NCBI RefSeq assembly: GCF_001194135.2
Contig: NC_068982.1
Location: 264,150-309,971, forward strand
DNA length: 45,822 nt
Direction of reading: 5' to 3'
Source: Octopus bimaculoides
Lineage: Eukaryota
Under the pieces are notes generated by a model. That model saw nothing but the letters and a program-made list of their open reading frames with translations, searched no databases and had not been told where the DNA came from. Of this stretch, positions 24,209-37,087 are shown piece by piece; positions within the stretch are counted from its first letter, which is position 1, and every line of letters begins with the position of its first letter. A program made the position numbers and the translations under genes.

Positions 24209-25155
24209 TCATCATCATCATCATCATTGTTCAACGTCCGCTTTCCATGCTGGCAGGGGTCAGATGGTTTGACTGAGAACTGGCAAGCCAGGAGGCTGCA
24301 CCAGGCTACAATCTGATTTGGCAAGAGTTTCTACAGCTGGATGCCCCTCCTAACACCAACCACTCCGAGAGTGTAATGGGTGCTTTTTATGTGTCACCAG
24401 CAGGGACCCAGTCAAGTGACACCGGCATCAGCCATGCTCAAATGGTGCCTTTTCCATGTCACTGGCATGGGTGCCAGTCAGGCGGCACTGGCATTGGTCA
24501 CGCTCAAATGGTGCTTTTTATGTGTGCTAGTCGGGCAGCACTGGCATCAGCCACGCTTGAATGGTGCTTTTTACTTGCCACCAGCACTGGTATTGGCCAC
24601 AACTAAGATTTCACTTGGTTCAACAGGTCTTCTCAAGCACAGCATATTGCCTGACGCTTGAAAGGTGCTTTTAAACAGGCCAGTTATGAGACACTAACAT
24701 TGGCCATGACTATGATCTCACTTGGCTAGCCGGGTCGTCTCACGCACAACATATCTCCAAAGGTCTTGGTCGCTTGTCATTGACTGTGAGGCCCAACATT
24801 CGAAGGTCGTGCTTCACCATCTTATCCCATGTCTTTCTGGTTTTACCTCTTCCACAGGTTTCCTCCACTGTTAGGGTGTGACACTTCTTCACATAGCTGG
24901 CCACATCCATCCATATCACATGACCATACCAGTGTAGTCGTCTCTCTTGCACACCACAATTGATGCTTCTTATGCCCAACTTTTCTCGTGATTGCACACT
25001 GACATTACACATCCAGCAGATCATACTAGCTTCATTTCTTTCAAGCCTATGCATGTCCTCAGCAGTCACAGCCCATGTTTTACTGCCGTGTAGCATGACT
25101 GTTCACACACAGGCATCATACAGTCTACCTTTCATTCTGAGGCCCTTTGTTACCA
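24209..25155 (-). mobile_element. RTE LINE 3' end with tail
   Basis: MLHGSKTWAVTAEDMHRLERNEASM...RRLHWYGHV; tandem units, tail module and (GAT)n. Confidence 0.8.
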
Positions 25156-25680
25156 GCATATATATATGTATAAAAATTTGTAGTGCACTATATAGATTCA
25201 AAGAATCATGTTGCTATCATGGAAAGCTTCTCTAGCAAATCCAGCTAGCAGACCACACAGGAATCCACTATAGAGGAAGATAATGCAGAGTTCTTTGCAG
25301 TTGAAATCCAGGAGTTCCAATCAATGCAATTATTTCCTAAGGAGTGTATAGAACGAAAAAAGTCAAGAAGTATGAGAGGTGATTATATTTGTTTAACCAC
25401 TTGTTATTTTTAGGATTATGGCTGTTTTGCAGCCTTTCAACATGTTATAATAATTTCAGTGTATAATAAAATTATTTTACATGTCTTCTCTAATATGCAA
25501 CTCTTAGGGTGAGGCATTGCTACGACCATGATGTTCTGGTGATCTGATAAGCTTTCTTCCTTTATCTGCACTGATTTGTAAATATACAATTTTATTGTAT
25601 TAGGTGAAACATGCATATTAGTGCAGGCATTATTTTCATCAGCATCATTGTTTAATGTCCGTTTTCCATGCTGGTATGGG

Positions 25681-26205
25681 TTAGAGAGTTTGATTGAGGT
25701 TGTTCTGCTTTTTCATGGCACCAGAGGCTGAACTGAGTCTTGTTGTTATCCACTTTTGAGATCTGCTGTCTTTGGTCAAAGTGAATCCTAGGTACTTGTT
25801 AGGGATCCACTTCATCAAGTCTCTCTCTCTCTCTCTATTGAGCATGATGTTGATTGCTGTGTCTTGGTTGTTCCTGTTAACCATGATCTTGCTCTTTTCT
25901 GGTCTGGTCTTCATCCCATATACTTCTGCTACTTTTTGCAGTCTGGTGGTGACCTCCTGTAGTTGCGCTCTGCTGCTTCCTAATAGGTTAATGTCATCAG
26001 CAAAGTGCAGGTTGGAAATGGACCATCTTCCAATAGAAACAGACAGGTGGCAGTCTTAAGTGTCTCCAGAATGATGTTCTCTGGGAAGATGCTGAAAAAC
26101 ATTGGAGAGAGGGTACGTCCTTGTCAAAAACCCACTGTTATCCTGAAGAATTCTCCAATGTTGTTGTTCAGGAGAACTGCACTACTTGAGTTTTCATACA
26201 TCACA
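25681..26205 (-). mobile_element. RT fragment from a different non-LTR (RTE-like) family
   Basis: GEFFRITVG, ISNLHFADDINL (about 25990-26015), YGMKTRPEKSKIMV, YLGFTLTKD. Confidence 0.65.
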
Positions 26206-26779
26206 AGACATTTGTAAATAAGCATCATCATCACACAAGCAATGTTGTTTGTTTCCAGTCTTCTGTGAAAAACTGGTCTTGGGGAAATGTTACCTTGCTG
26301 GGGGGATTGGTGACATGAAGGGTATCCAGCCATAGAAAATCTGCTTCACCATATTCTGTCTGATCCATGCAAGCATGAAAAAATGAACATAAAGATGATG
26401 ATGATGATATGTAGCTGTACCATAAAAAATGATAATATTTTTCAAGAAATAGACTGAAACTAGTGTTTAGTAAATTCATTGACATAACATTCATCCATGT
26501 CTTTAATAGAGATTGTTACAACACATCATGTATTGCTAAGCTATGTTCTGATCAAGGATCATTTATAAAAAGTTATAAATTTTGTCAATAATCAATGAAG
26601 TGTGCAGTTATCTGCATGAACTGATGCAAATTGCAAGATTTAGTGAACTTCAACAGCTTGAACACACATTGCAGCTGCAGGGGTTGCACCACTCCAAGGC
26701 CATCTGGTCAAGAGGCAGTCATGACACAAAAATACCATCCATTGCCACTGTAGGCAGTGGTGAAGAATCGGGAATTGCA

Positions 26780-27735
26780 GAAAAGGGTACAAGGTGATGT
26801 CAGCTGATTTGCCTGAGAAGCACCACTTAATCCTACGTTTCTAGATAGAGGGACTTGGAGGAACAACCTGGTCTGCGAAAAGAGGTTATGGAAGTTTGAA
26901 GACTCAGCAAACCGGCAGAAATTAAGACATTTTAAAGGAAACTTCTGAGAAGGAGGAAGAGTTAGAGACATATAGTATGGATGACAACTGAATGTTCTTG
27001 CAGGACGACCTACTGAGAGCTTCAGACCAAATCTGTGGATGGTGTATTATAGTCTTGGTCAGGCTGAGAGTGACATGGTGGTGAAAGAAGGAGATAGACA
27101 GAGTTATAAAAGCAAAAAGACAGGCTCCAAACCTGAGAAGAAAGAGGTATGGAAGTGCTATTGTGAAAGGTTGCTAAATGTGGAGAGTGCATGAGAAAAG
27201 AGTCTTTTGACCCTCAACAGAGGGACCATCCATCAGAGTGGATAGCCGTATGAGAGATGAGGCAATAAAGGATTTGAAGACAGGGAAAATCCCCTAGACC
27301 ATCAGAAATCACTGCTGAGATGCTTAAGCTATTTGGTGGAATAGGATATGACCTAGTCCCTTGTATAGTTAATCAGATTATCCAGAGAGGTGTCATCCTC
27401 AGTGTAAGTAGTATTGTAGTTAGTTGCTACAAGAGTAAAGGAGATACCTTAGATACAAACAATTATAGAGGTATTGAACTGGTGGAACAGAGAGAGAGAG
27501 AGAGAGAGTTATCGCCTAATTGATTAGGAACTAAACTAATCTAGGAATTTGACAGCAGGGGATGCAGTTTGGTTTTTGTGCCAGAGAAGAGTGCTACAGA
27601 TGCCATCTTCCTAGTGACAAAGCTACAGGAGAAGTATCTAGCTAAAAGTAAACCATTGTGCTTGGCATTCATTGATCTGGAGAAAGCCTTCAACAGAATC
27701 CTTCGTTTTATTACTGGGGGTCTCTAAGAAAGTTA
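26780..27735 (+). mobile_element. RTE LINE internal fragment
   Basis: Homologous to 14800-15900: SEITAEMLK, DTNNYRGIEL, MQFGF, AFIDLEKAF. Confidence 0.7.
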
Positions 27736-27959
27736 GGGGTAAACAAATGGCTTCTCTCAATATGTATAACGCTTGAAGGAATGCTGTGTTGACCATTTCA
27801 GCAACTGACTATACCCTACATATACTGATCAAAGCTATGACAGGACAGGATAGTATCAAAAATGAAACTGTTTTTGGCAAATTAGTCGCACACTGGAGAT
27901 TGATTGCCCAGTGCTTGACAACAACAACACAAAAGTAAGGTAAAAAGATTCAAATAGTA

Positions 27960-28415
27960 TTCTGTTTTGAGAAGACTTGTTGAGTCAAGTGAAATTGAAA
28001 TCGTAACTGTGGCCAGTGTCACCTGACTGACACCTGTGCAGGTGGCACATAAAAAGCAATCACTACACTCTCAGAGTGGTTGGCATTAGGAAGGGCATCC
28101 AGCTGTAGAAACCTTGCCAAATCAGATTGGAGTCTGGTTTAGCCTACTCTCTTGCCAGTCCTCAATCAAACCGTTCAACTCATGCTAGCATGGTAAGCGG
28201 ACGTTAAATGATGATGATGATATATACATTCATACATATCATCATCATCATCATACACCTGATTTTCCTACTAGCATGGGTTGGATGGTTTGACAGGAGC
28301 TGGGAAGCCAATGAGCTGCCTGGCCTCAAATTGTCTGCTTTGGCATAATTTCTATGGCTGCATGCTCTTCCTAATTCCAGATACTTTACAGAGTGTATTA
28401 GGTGCTTTTTTTCGT
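27960..28415. mobile_element. Tail-to-tail pair of RTE tails
   Basis: A plus tail ending in (GAT)n at about 28222 and a minus tail starting with (CAT)n at about 28237. Confidence 0.7.
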
Positions 28416-28708
28416 GGCAATTTCCTTCAATTGTAAAGAAACTCACATTAGGTGACGTAGTCATGGATACACCAAGATTACATTATAATGTAATCATAGC
28501 TAAAAAAAAAAAAGGGAGTCAGGGATCAATCAGATGAATGATGCCTTTGATCATCTGTTTTTTCGGTTCTAGTTGAGCTGAGGCTGAACAACAAGAAAAG
28601 ATCCCAAAATGAGAATTCTCAGGAACATTGCTGATTGAGCAGTTGAGAAAATAAAATACAACAAAATATATATTTTAGATATTTCTTTTTTCTTTTTTTC
28701 TTTTGCAG

Positions 28709-28762
28709 ATAGCTGTGAGCGCTGAAGTGATCATGAAATCATCCAAACTGTCAGAAGCCTAA
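28709..28762 (+). CDS. PMF1: Probable PMF1 terminal exon (IAVSAEVIMKSSKLSEA*)
   Basis: Very strong polypyrimidine tract plus TTTTGCAG acceptor. Phase-0 reading gives 17 aa and TAA, for a total of about 198 aa, a typical PMF1 size. It would be 3'UTR if the NSV* isoform is used. Confidence 0.6.
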   Translation: MAVSAEVIMKSSKLSEA

Positions 28763-29127
28763 GAATTCTCTCTACAAAAGTGCAGGTCATTTTTGTTAAG
28801 GATGGATCACATTAGAATGAATTAATAGGGATTGGGGATTGGGTTGTATAGTAAATTGAATTAACAGCCTTATCAGTTTTGGTCAGAGGTTTCAAGTAAA
28901 AGATGTAAAAACTACAAAAACCAGCGACCCATTGCCTGCCTATCTGTAAGACCCTAATGTTTTCTGTGAGGAGATGAGTTCTCAATTTGGTGGATTCATT
29001 CAGATTTCATTGACAAATAATTCTTTATTTTACCAATTATAAATGAATGTGTGTGTATGTGTATATATGTGTGTGTGTGTTCATATGAATAGGTTTGTAT
29101 ATGTATATAAGTAAATGTGTGTGTGCG

Positions 29128-29154
<27 letters not shown>

Positions 29155-29158
<4 letters not shown>

Positions 29159-29465
29159 CATCATTATCGTCATCATCATTGTCGTTTAACATCTGCTTTC
29201 CATGCTGGCATGAGTTGGACAGTTTGACTGAGGACTGGCAAGCCAGGAGGCTGCACCAGGCTCCAATCTGATCTGGCAAGGTTTCTACAGCTGGATGTCC
29301 TTCCTAACGCCAACACTCCAAGAGTGTAGTGAGTCCTTTTTACGTGTCACCTACACGAGAGCCAGTCAGGCGGCACTGGCATTAACCACATTTAGATAGT
29401 GCTTTTTATGTGCCACCAGCACAGGGAGCCGGTCAGGTGGCACTGGCATCGACCATAACTACAAT
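29155..29465 (-). mobile_element. RTE tail
   Basis: Reverse complement of the conserved tail module with (CAT)n. Confidence 0.7.
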
Positions 29466-29477
29466 TTTGCTTTTGAT

Positions 29478-30455
29478 TTTTGGGAGGCCATAAATAATGT
29501 GGTTTTTCATACCACTTTTATTTTTCAAAGTTAAGTTAAACAAATTTCTTTTTTAATCTAAAATATACTCTCCTTCATTTTCTACAATGCTCTTCCATCT
29601 ATTTGGTAGACTTGCAAGGCCTCTTTTTCAAAATTCACTTGTCTGTGACAAAAAAAATACTCCTCCAGTACTGTTCTGACTTCGTCTACAGAATCCATAT
29701 CTTTTAGGTTTAAATGGTTTTGAAGACTGCGGAATAAATGATAAGCAGATGGAGTAATGTCCAGCGAATATGGTGGATGAGGAATCGTTTCCCATGCAAA
29801 CTGCTCCAGCCTTTGGGATGTCATCCTCACTATGTGACTGAGCATTATCCTGATGGAAGAACACCTTTCGTCTTGAAACCAAAGATGGTCGTTTTCTTTC
29901 TAGCACTGACTTAAGCCACTCAAGCTGCTCACAGTAGATCTCCTTTGGTATCGTTTGGTTTGAGCTTAAAAGTTCAAAGTGGACTAAACCTTTCATATCC
30001 CACCAAACAGATAACAACACCTTGCGTGGGTGAAGATCTTCTTTAGCCTGGGGTGCCGGTGTTTCTCCTTTCCCTACCCATTGTCTTCAGTGCCTGACAT
30101 TTTTATAGAGAACCTATTTCTCATCACCAGTCATTATTCGGTCCAAAAAAGGTTCATTTGTGAGACGTGACAGCAAAGAAGAGCACACATTCGCTCTCTG
30201 TACGTGACTAGACTTGGAAAGTTTGTGAGGTACCTATTGACCCAGTTTGCTGACTTTTCCGATGGCACACAGGTGTTGATGAATGGTTGAATGACCAAAT
30301 CCAGATTTTGTTCCATCACGGTTTGCAGGACGTGCTCGTTGAGTTCTACAGATCTTCCAGAATGAGGCTTGTTTTCTAGGCTGTAGTTTCCAGTTCAGAA
30401 TTTCTGGAACCACTGATGACACTGGCTTAAGCTTATTGTCCAATCCCCATATACT
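29478..30455 (-). mobile_element. Decayed mariner transposase (5' end missing)
   Basis: MLLSVWWDMKGLVHFELL, FFHQDNA, PHPPYSLDITPSAYHLFRSLQNHL: DD34D-type motifs, frameshifted. Confidence 0.85.
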
Positions 30456-30551
30456 GCATTAATATTCCTCGCACTAAGAATAAGTACAAGGTAAAATTAT
30501 TACCTGCTTTTATAGCAAGTTGATATATATATATATTTATATATACACATA

Positions 30552-31803
30552 CAGGGGTTGGACAAAATAATGGAAACAGCTTAAGATTTAAGACATTTAT
30601 TTTAATATGGAGTAGGACTGCCTCTGGCAGTAATTACACCTTGAATTCTACGAGATATGAACGCGTACAAAGTTTGAGTTGTTTCCAACGGAATTTTTGT
30701 CCATTTTTCAGCTAAAACAGTCTCCAGTTCTTGTAGTGATGATGGTGGAGGATATTGACTCCTTACTTGTTTTTCTAAAATGCACCATAAATGTTCAATA
30801 ATATTGAGATCTGGAGACTGTGATGACCAGATAAGATGTTCGACTTCACTAGAATGTTCCTCGTGCTATTTAGTAACAACTTTAGTTGTGTGAATTGGTG
30901 CATTATCATCCTGAAAGATTGTGTTTCCCTCCGGAAACAGTTCTGCAACCATAGGATGAATTTGATCAGATAAATTGCTTAAATAGTCTTGACTATTAAT
31001 TCTGCCATTGGGCTTGCAGATTTCCAAGATATAGCCCCTCAAATCATCACAGATCCTCCTCCATGTTTAACAGTTGGAAGAAGGCAGTTTGGGTCAAATG
31101 CTTCTTTTGGGTGTCTCCACACGTATACTTGGCCTGTGGTCAGAAATAAGGTGAAGGATGACTCATCCAAGAAAATAACATTCTTCCACTATTCTAGGGA
31201 CCAATTCTGTAGGTTTTTAGTCCACACTAAACGCTTTGCAATGTTTGTTTTTGCAAGTAGTGGTTTTCTGATTGCAGCCCTCCCGTGAAATCTGGCTTTG
31301 TGCAGCTCCCAGCGAACAGTTTTTATGGAAACAGTTCTCGAGGTGGTCATTAAGCTCTGCAGTAATTTGGGGAGCTGTACTTTTGTGATCCTTTCTAACA
31401 ATTCGCGTAAGAGTCTGACAGTCCCTATCTGCAAGTTTTGCTTTTCTTCCGGAGTTTTGTTTTGACGAGGAAGTTTTCCCCTCTTTCTCAAAAGCTGTTA
31501 TTACTTTCAAGACAATACTTCTTGATAACCAAACATTTTGGCTGTTTTCGTTACTCTAGCGCCTGCCATATGAGCACCAACAATTTGACCTCTCTGAAAG
31601 TCCGATAGATCTGTCATTTTAGTGAATTTTAATTACCTTTTCCTGATGATATCTGAAAAGAAACAGCAATTTTAACAAAACATATTAAGCAACACTAATA
31701 ATAAATAAAAAAAAAAAACATAAAAATAAACAAGCTTTTGACGGTTTTATAGATATTTCAAAATTATGATGCGAGGTGTTTCCGTTATTTTGTCCAACCC
31801 CTG
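30552..31803 (-). mobile_element. Full-length Tc1-family transposon (1252 bp) with a frameshifted transposase
   Basis: 27-bp TIRs CAGGGGTTGGACAAAATAA(T/C)GGAAACA (1 mismatch) and TA TSDs. ATG at 31617: MTDLSDFQRGQIVGAHMAG...SGRK...RKPLL. Confidence 0.92.
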
Positions 31804-31820
31804 TATATATATATGTGTGT

Positions 31821-31891
<71 letters not shown>

Positions 31892-32109
31892 GTCCTCATT
31901 GCTTTAACAGCCACTTTCCTATGCTTGCACGGGTGGTATAGGGTTCATTTTAGCAGAATGTCCACATGCAGATGCCCTTGCTATTGTTAACCCTGAACTG
32001 TTTCAAAATGAGGTAATATTCTCATGTTCTTAGAGAAGATTTGCTGCTTCTATGACACTTGTTTAAAACTATTACAAGATGTTCAAAGGATGCACATTTA
32101 CATATGTTG

Positions 32110-32375
32110 GCAGCAGCATCTTTGCTTTCCATACCAGTGACATGTAAAAAGCAGCATTCGAGCATGGCCAATGCCAGTACCACCAGACTGGCTCCTGTGC
32201 CAGTAGCACATAAAAAGCACTCTCTGAGTGGTTGGCGTTAGGAAGGGCCTCCAGCTGTAGAAACCTTGCCAAATCAGACTGGAGCCTGGTGCACCCTCCC
32301 AACTTGCCAGTTCTCAGTCAAATCATCTTACTCCATGTCAGCATGGAAAGCAGACATTAAACACCAATGATGATG
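32110..32375 (+). mobile_element. RTE tail
   Basis: Conserved tail module ending in (GAT)n. Confidence 0.7.
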
Positions 32376-32449
32376 ATGTTTGTGCAAAAAAGATAAACTG
32401 ACTATGTATGTGTAAATGGATTGATTCTGCCAGTGTGTGTGTGGAGGGT

Positions 32450-32450
32450 G

Positions 32451-32515
<65 letters not shown>

Positions 32516-32527
32516 GTATATATATAT
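32450..32527 (+). repeat. (TA)n microsatellite
   Basis: Direct inspection. Confidence 0.9.
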
Positions 32528-32870
32528 TTGTCACAGTGGCTAATGTCAGGAAATGAGGCATACATACCATAATTATAATTGAATGTTTATCAAATTTCAT
32601 GGTGTGAATGCAAAAGTTGATATAAATACTAATTTTCTAGACAAAAATATTTATTACCTTAAAATGAAATTGAATAAAATAAATTTCTCATTTGTATAAC
32701 TCTGTCCTCACTGTGTTTGTAGTGTCCATTTACTCATTGTCTTCCACCAAGCTTTGTATGTGCTCTCATCTTGTGCCTTTTATGTTAACTCTTTGTATAT
32801 CTCTTTCCCCTTCTCTATAAGGCATAACAAGAGAAATCAAACAATCAACATTTATATGAATTATTTTATA

Positions 32871-32981
32871 TATAGCATGTTCAAGGCACTGTTTCTTGTC
32901 TGATCACCAAAGTTGAGCAACATCAAACCTAGTTGGTACTTCGGTGGGTGACTACTAAGGAAACCTGGATGTTGTAAGCAT
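32871..32981 (+). pseudogene. 5S rRNA pseudogene (5' ~10 nt missing, CpG-decayed)
   Basis: GTCTGATCACCAAAGTTGAGCAACATCAAACCTAGTTGGTACTTCGGTGGGTGACT...GTTGTAAGC aligns by eye to invertebrate 5S (GTCCGATCACCGAAGTTAAGCAACGTCG...AGTACTTGGATGGGTGACC...GCTGTAAGC). Confidence 0.8.
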
Positions 32982-32998
32982 CTCACTTCTTATGTGTA

Positions 32999-33160
32999 GG
33001 CATGGCTGTGTGGTAAGTAGTCTGTTTCCTAACTGAATGGTTCTGGGTTCAGTCCCATTGCATGGCACCTTGGGTGGGTGTCTTCTACTATAGCCTCAGA
33101 CTCACCAAAGGTTTGTGAGTAGATTTGGTTGATGGAAACTGAAAGAAACCCATTGTGCGT
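32999..33160 (+). mobile_element. tRNA-derived SINE
   Basis: A box TGGCTGTGTGGTAAG and B box GGGTTCAGTCCC (33045-33056), with a microsatellite tail. Confidence 0.7.
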
Positions 33161-33187
33161 GTACCCACACACACATACTCATTCACA

Positions 33188-33407
33188 TAAGGGTGTGCTG
33201 AAAAGTTCCTGGCTTTGGGTAAAAGAAAATATGGGTGGGGGGGTCAGTTAATTATGATTTTATCCAACATATTCCCCTCTCTAATTCACACACTTACTGC
33301 ACTGGTCCTTCGGCATTTCGAAGCCCTGTAAAAGGACTCAGAAGGTTGGGCTTCCAACCAGGCCTTTTGCAATATCCTAAAGCCAGGAACTTTTCAGCAC
33401 CCCCTCA
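33188..33407. mobile_element. Mariner-derived MITE (about 220 bp)
   Basis: TIRs TAAGGGTGTGCTGAAAAGTTCCTGGCTTT / AAAGCCAGGAACTTTTCAGCACCCCCTCA, followed by TA. Confidence 0.8.
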
Positions 33408-34128
33408 TATCTATGTATGTATGTATGTATGTGTGTATGTATATATATACACACACACACACACATACACAATTTTTTTTTGTTTAGAATGGAGCAAGAT
33501 AAAATTATAGACAGAAATACAATTACTTTGATAGAAACACATTTGAAAATGGATTTGTTTCGTTGGTCTTTTCAATAACCGGTTGCAGGAAATAACAAAT
33601 TGTGGCATAAAATCATCATATTATAAAAATTGAAGAAAACCTTAATTAAAATAGCTTATAAAGAAGGAAAAGGGTGTGAATATCCAGGGTAAAGAATTAG
33701 ATGTAAAAATAATAATAATAAATTAAAAGATATATATCCATTTAAAAATTTTTCATGCTCGATTGCATATACATTTAGCAATATATACACATACCACATC
33801 CCAAACAATCTATAATATACGTGTGTACACCAAATATACAGACGTAGGTATATGGCTACATACATTTACAGCCATATATAGGCAAAACAAATATATACAA
33901 CAGAGTACAATATTGGGGTGGGCATAGCATGGGGAAATAAGGTACAGACTCCCTGTAAAGTATTTATAAAGTCTATGGTATTTCATCCAGTGGTGGGTGG
34001 GTGAATAAAGTCACTTTCAGGAGGGATAATTTTTCAGGCAGTAGTTCACATTGTGTTTCCATTGAACANNNNNNNNNNNNNNNNNNNNNNNNNNNNNNNN
34101 NNNNNNNNNNNNNNNNNNNNNNNNNNNN

Positions 34129-35225
34129 TAGTATGCTATGTGGTGGGTTTGATGGTATGATCCATGTTAGATGCCCTTCCTAATGCCAACCACTCCGAGA
34201 GTGTAGTGGGTGTTTTTTATGTGCCACCAGCACGAGGGCCAGTCTGGTGGTACTGGCAACGGCCACACTCAAATGGTGTTTTTTACGTGCCACCTGCACA
34301 GGAGTCAGCCAATGTTTTGTTCACATGCCACCGGCACAAGTGCCAGTAAGGCGAAGCTGGAAACACTCAAATGGTGCTTTTTACCTGCGAGACCACTGCT
34401 CTGGCAGTGATCCCGCTCGGATGGTACTGTTAGCAATCCACTGGCTACTTCTTTATACAGCTGTCTTCATTCATAACATAGTCTTTCTCTCTTGCTGGCT
34501 ACATCTGATCTCTCTCTTATGCTCAGCTTTCCTCTCAGCTCTTTTGTTGAACATGCACACTGATGTTGCATGTCATTTGCAGCATACTAGCTTCATTTCT
34601 CTTCAATCTATGTATATCATCTGCATCCAGGGCCCACATCTCACTACCATGAAATATAGCCATTTGTACACAAGCATCATACAATATGCTTTTCACTCTG
34701 AGAGGTCTTTTGTTGCCAATGGAGGTAATAGCTCTCTAAACTTCCGTTCTTATTCAAACAACAATTCTTCCAGAACATCCTCTGTCACTGCTAATTTGGT
34801 CACCTAGGTAATAGAAACTATCTACAACCTCAAGGGAGCTTCCTGGGATTTGAGAGAGTCTAATTCCTGTGTGAAGATGACTTTCTCTGTTAACCTTCCT
34901 GTGATCCCACTGCACTAATGAATAGAATTTCTTCCAACACCTTTCATATATATTGAGTAGGGCCATTTACCTGATAGAAAGAGAGTCTTGTTAACGACTT
35001 TGGTCTTTTCTAGATTAACTTTAAGGCCCACTGATTCCAGGTTTTGCTTCCATACCTGGAATTTCTTCTCCAGTTCCAATACAAATTCTGTTATAAGAGT
35101 AAGGTTATCCGTATATTGTAGTTCCCAGGAACATCCAGTTTTAAATTCTTCTGTTACAGCCTGGAAGACTATGATAAATAGGAAGGGACTGAGATCTGAG
35201 CCCTGGTGAACACCTTGAATACCAA
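34129..35225 (-). mobile_element. RTE LINE 3' part with tail
   Basis: LEVVDSFYYLGDQISS, KVNLEKTKV-like segment; tail module at 34140-34420. Confidence 0.75.
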
Positions 35226-35559
35226 ATAAAGGATTTTGTAATCGATTTCTAATGAAGGTGTTGATTTACTCAAACCAGCATAAAAACTTGATCAATCGAC
35301 CTGTATTCGTAGCCGACTCTCACCCTACTGGCAGCTCTGCTATACATGACTTGCACAGCAGCTGTAACAAGCCACTTGTCTACTCCTAATTGCCTTTGAG
35401 ACTAACAGATAACAAGAGTGTGAAACTCTGTCGAAAGCTTGGTTTACTTTTGCCTAGTTACTTCTGCAGTTGTGTCACTAGGGAAATGTCAAAAGCATAT
35501 CCAAGTCTTGCATGGTGGATATTGCCCTATTTTCTCTGATTGCAAAGGAGTTCTTATTA

Positions 35560-36400
35560 CAGAAACTATTAAAGTCAAAGCAACATTTCCAGAAGTGAAT
35601 GCTCTCAAAAAGATGAAGCTGGATTCAACAAGAACATTACAAGAAATGAATATCTTTTGTGGGTATTGTACAGATGAAGCACCAGTTATGTTGGGGACAA
35701 AATCTGGATTTCAAGTTTGTGTGAAAACATAAGAACCAAAAGAGAAAAGGCATTCATTGTATGACCCTTTGTTAGGCAACTCATCTTAAAAGCACTGCCA
35801 ACTCCACAAGAGAAGGTTTCTGATTAAACAATCCAAATGATCAATTTTGTCAAATTTTCCAGCAATTATGTATTAACATAGCTATAAGTCATCAGTCTCT
35901 TCTTTCTCATACAAATGTTCGATGGCTTTCAAAAGGAAATGAAACAGTAACTTATTTGAGTTGATGGTTGGAGGATAGAAACAAGCATGTATCTTGCTTG
36001 TTTGGTTGACATTTTGTGCATTTGAATAAACTGAATCTATAAATGCAAGGAAAGAATGCAAACATCAAAAAATTCATGTATTCCTTTGAAAGTCTTTCTG
36101 TGCAAGCTGGAAAATTGAAAGAGAAAGGTCATCATTGTTGCAATGTTTGAGAAACAGTCATCAGTTCTTGCTGGTGATGGTGAAGAGCAAAAGCCTCCAC
36201 AATTTTCAGAAAATGAAATTGGACAGCAATGGAAAATAAATTCAGTTCTATAATGATGAGTTGGATTTAGTGCAAAATCCATTGAAATTAAGTTGAAAAA
36301 GTTCCTGTCATGACTAGCTTTCTGGATTCTGAGGATGCGAAACCAAATCTACATTTTTCTATAAGTTCTTGGCCTTTGCTGTAGGAAATTTGAGTGTCAA
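35560..36400 (+). mobile_element. hAT (Charlie/ZBED5-like) transposase relic
   Basis: CTDEAPVMLGTKSGFQVCVK, IHCM and HLNKLNL..QG-like motifs in shifting frames, with stops. Confidence 0.65.
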
Positions 36401-37087
36401 CTGTTGTAGCCTTTTTGGAAAATCCTTTGTTTGGCCCAACTTAATTTAGATAGAAAAAAGGATAAATGCAGAATCCCAAATCCTCTTTACGCTTGGTCCC
36501 TGACCAAAAGAAGTACTTCACATATGACCTGTCGTTGTGCAACTACATAACTTTCACCCTCTCTATTTGTCTAAATTATCTTATTCTTTCTCTCTCCTTT
36601 TTTTCCATCTGTTCTAGCAGTCAACAAAAGTTGAACTTAGCTACCTACACAGTATGGATGACAGAATGGCAAATGATTTGTGTACAACAACAACTCAAAG
36701 AAGTTATATCTTACATTGTAATAATGCAAATAAAGGGCTCTTTGAACTAATAATATAAATCATTACATTTCTAATGACTATCACAATGATTTCCAGGAGC
36801 AAGAGATATTTGCTAAGTCAATCATTGATTGCTTTATATGTGATTCCTACTCAAAAGTAACTGAGAGCTTTCTGTTTGTGTTGACCTCTCTTTGCAATTA
36901 AAGAATTTCAATTTTGTTGCAAATGAAAACAAAACAAAGCCATGAATTAAGAGATGAAAATGACTTGCACTCGGCACATTCCTAAACACGTCTCAGAAAC
37001 GGGATACAACCACTGGTTTCTCTTTAGAATAAACTGTCATTCTGTTGGACTTGGTTTTTGTTTTTTTGGTACTCTGTTGTTTACAAT

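Noticed and set aside
25196-25380. Alternative PMF1 terminal exon or coding-looking stretch (IQRIMLLSWK...; QESTIEEDNAEFF...)
   Set aside because: Weak pyrimidine tract, in-frame stops and no recognisable homology; would need junction reads.
25519-25552. GCTACGACCAT resembling the 5S 5' end
   Set aside because: The match is about 11 nt and does not extend.
35439-36400. Domesticated ZBED/FAM200-like gene
   Set aside because: Motifs are split by stops and frameshifts, with no exon structure; treated as a hAT relic.
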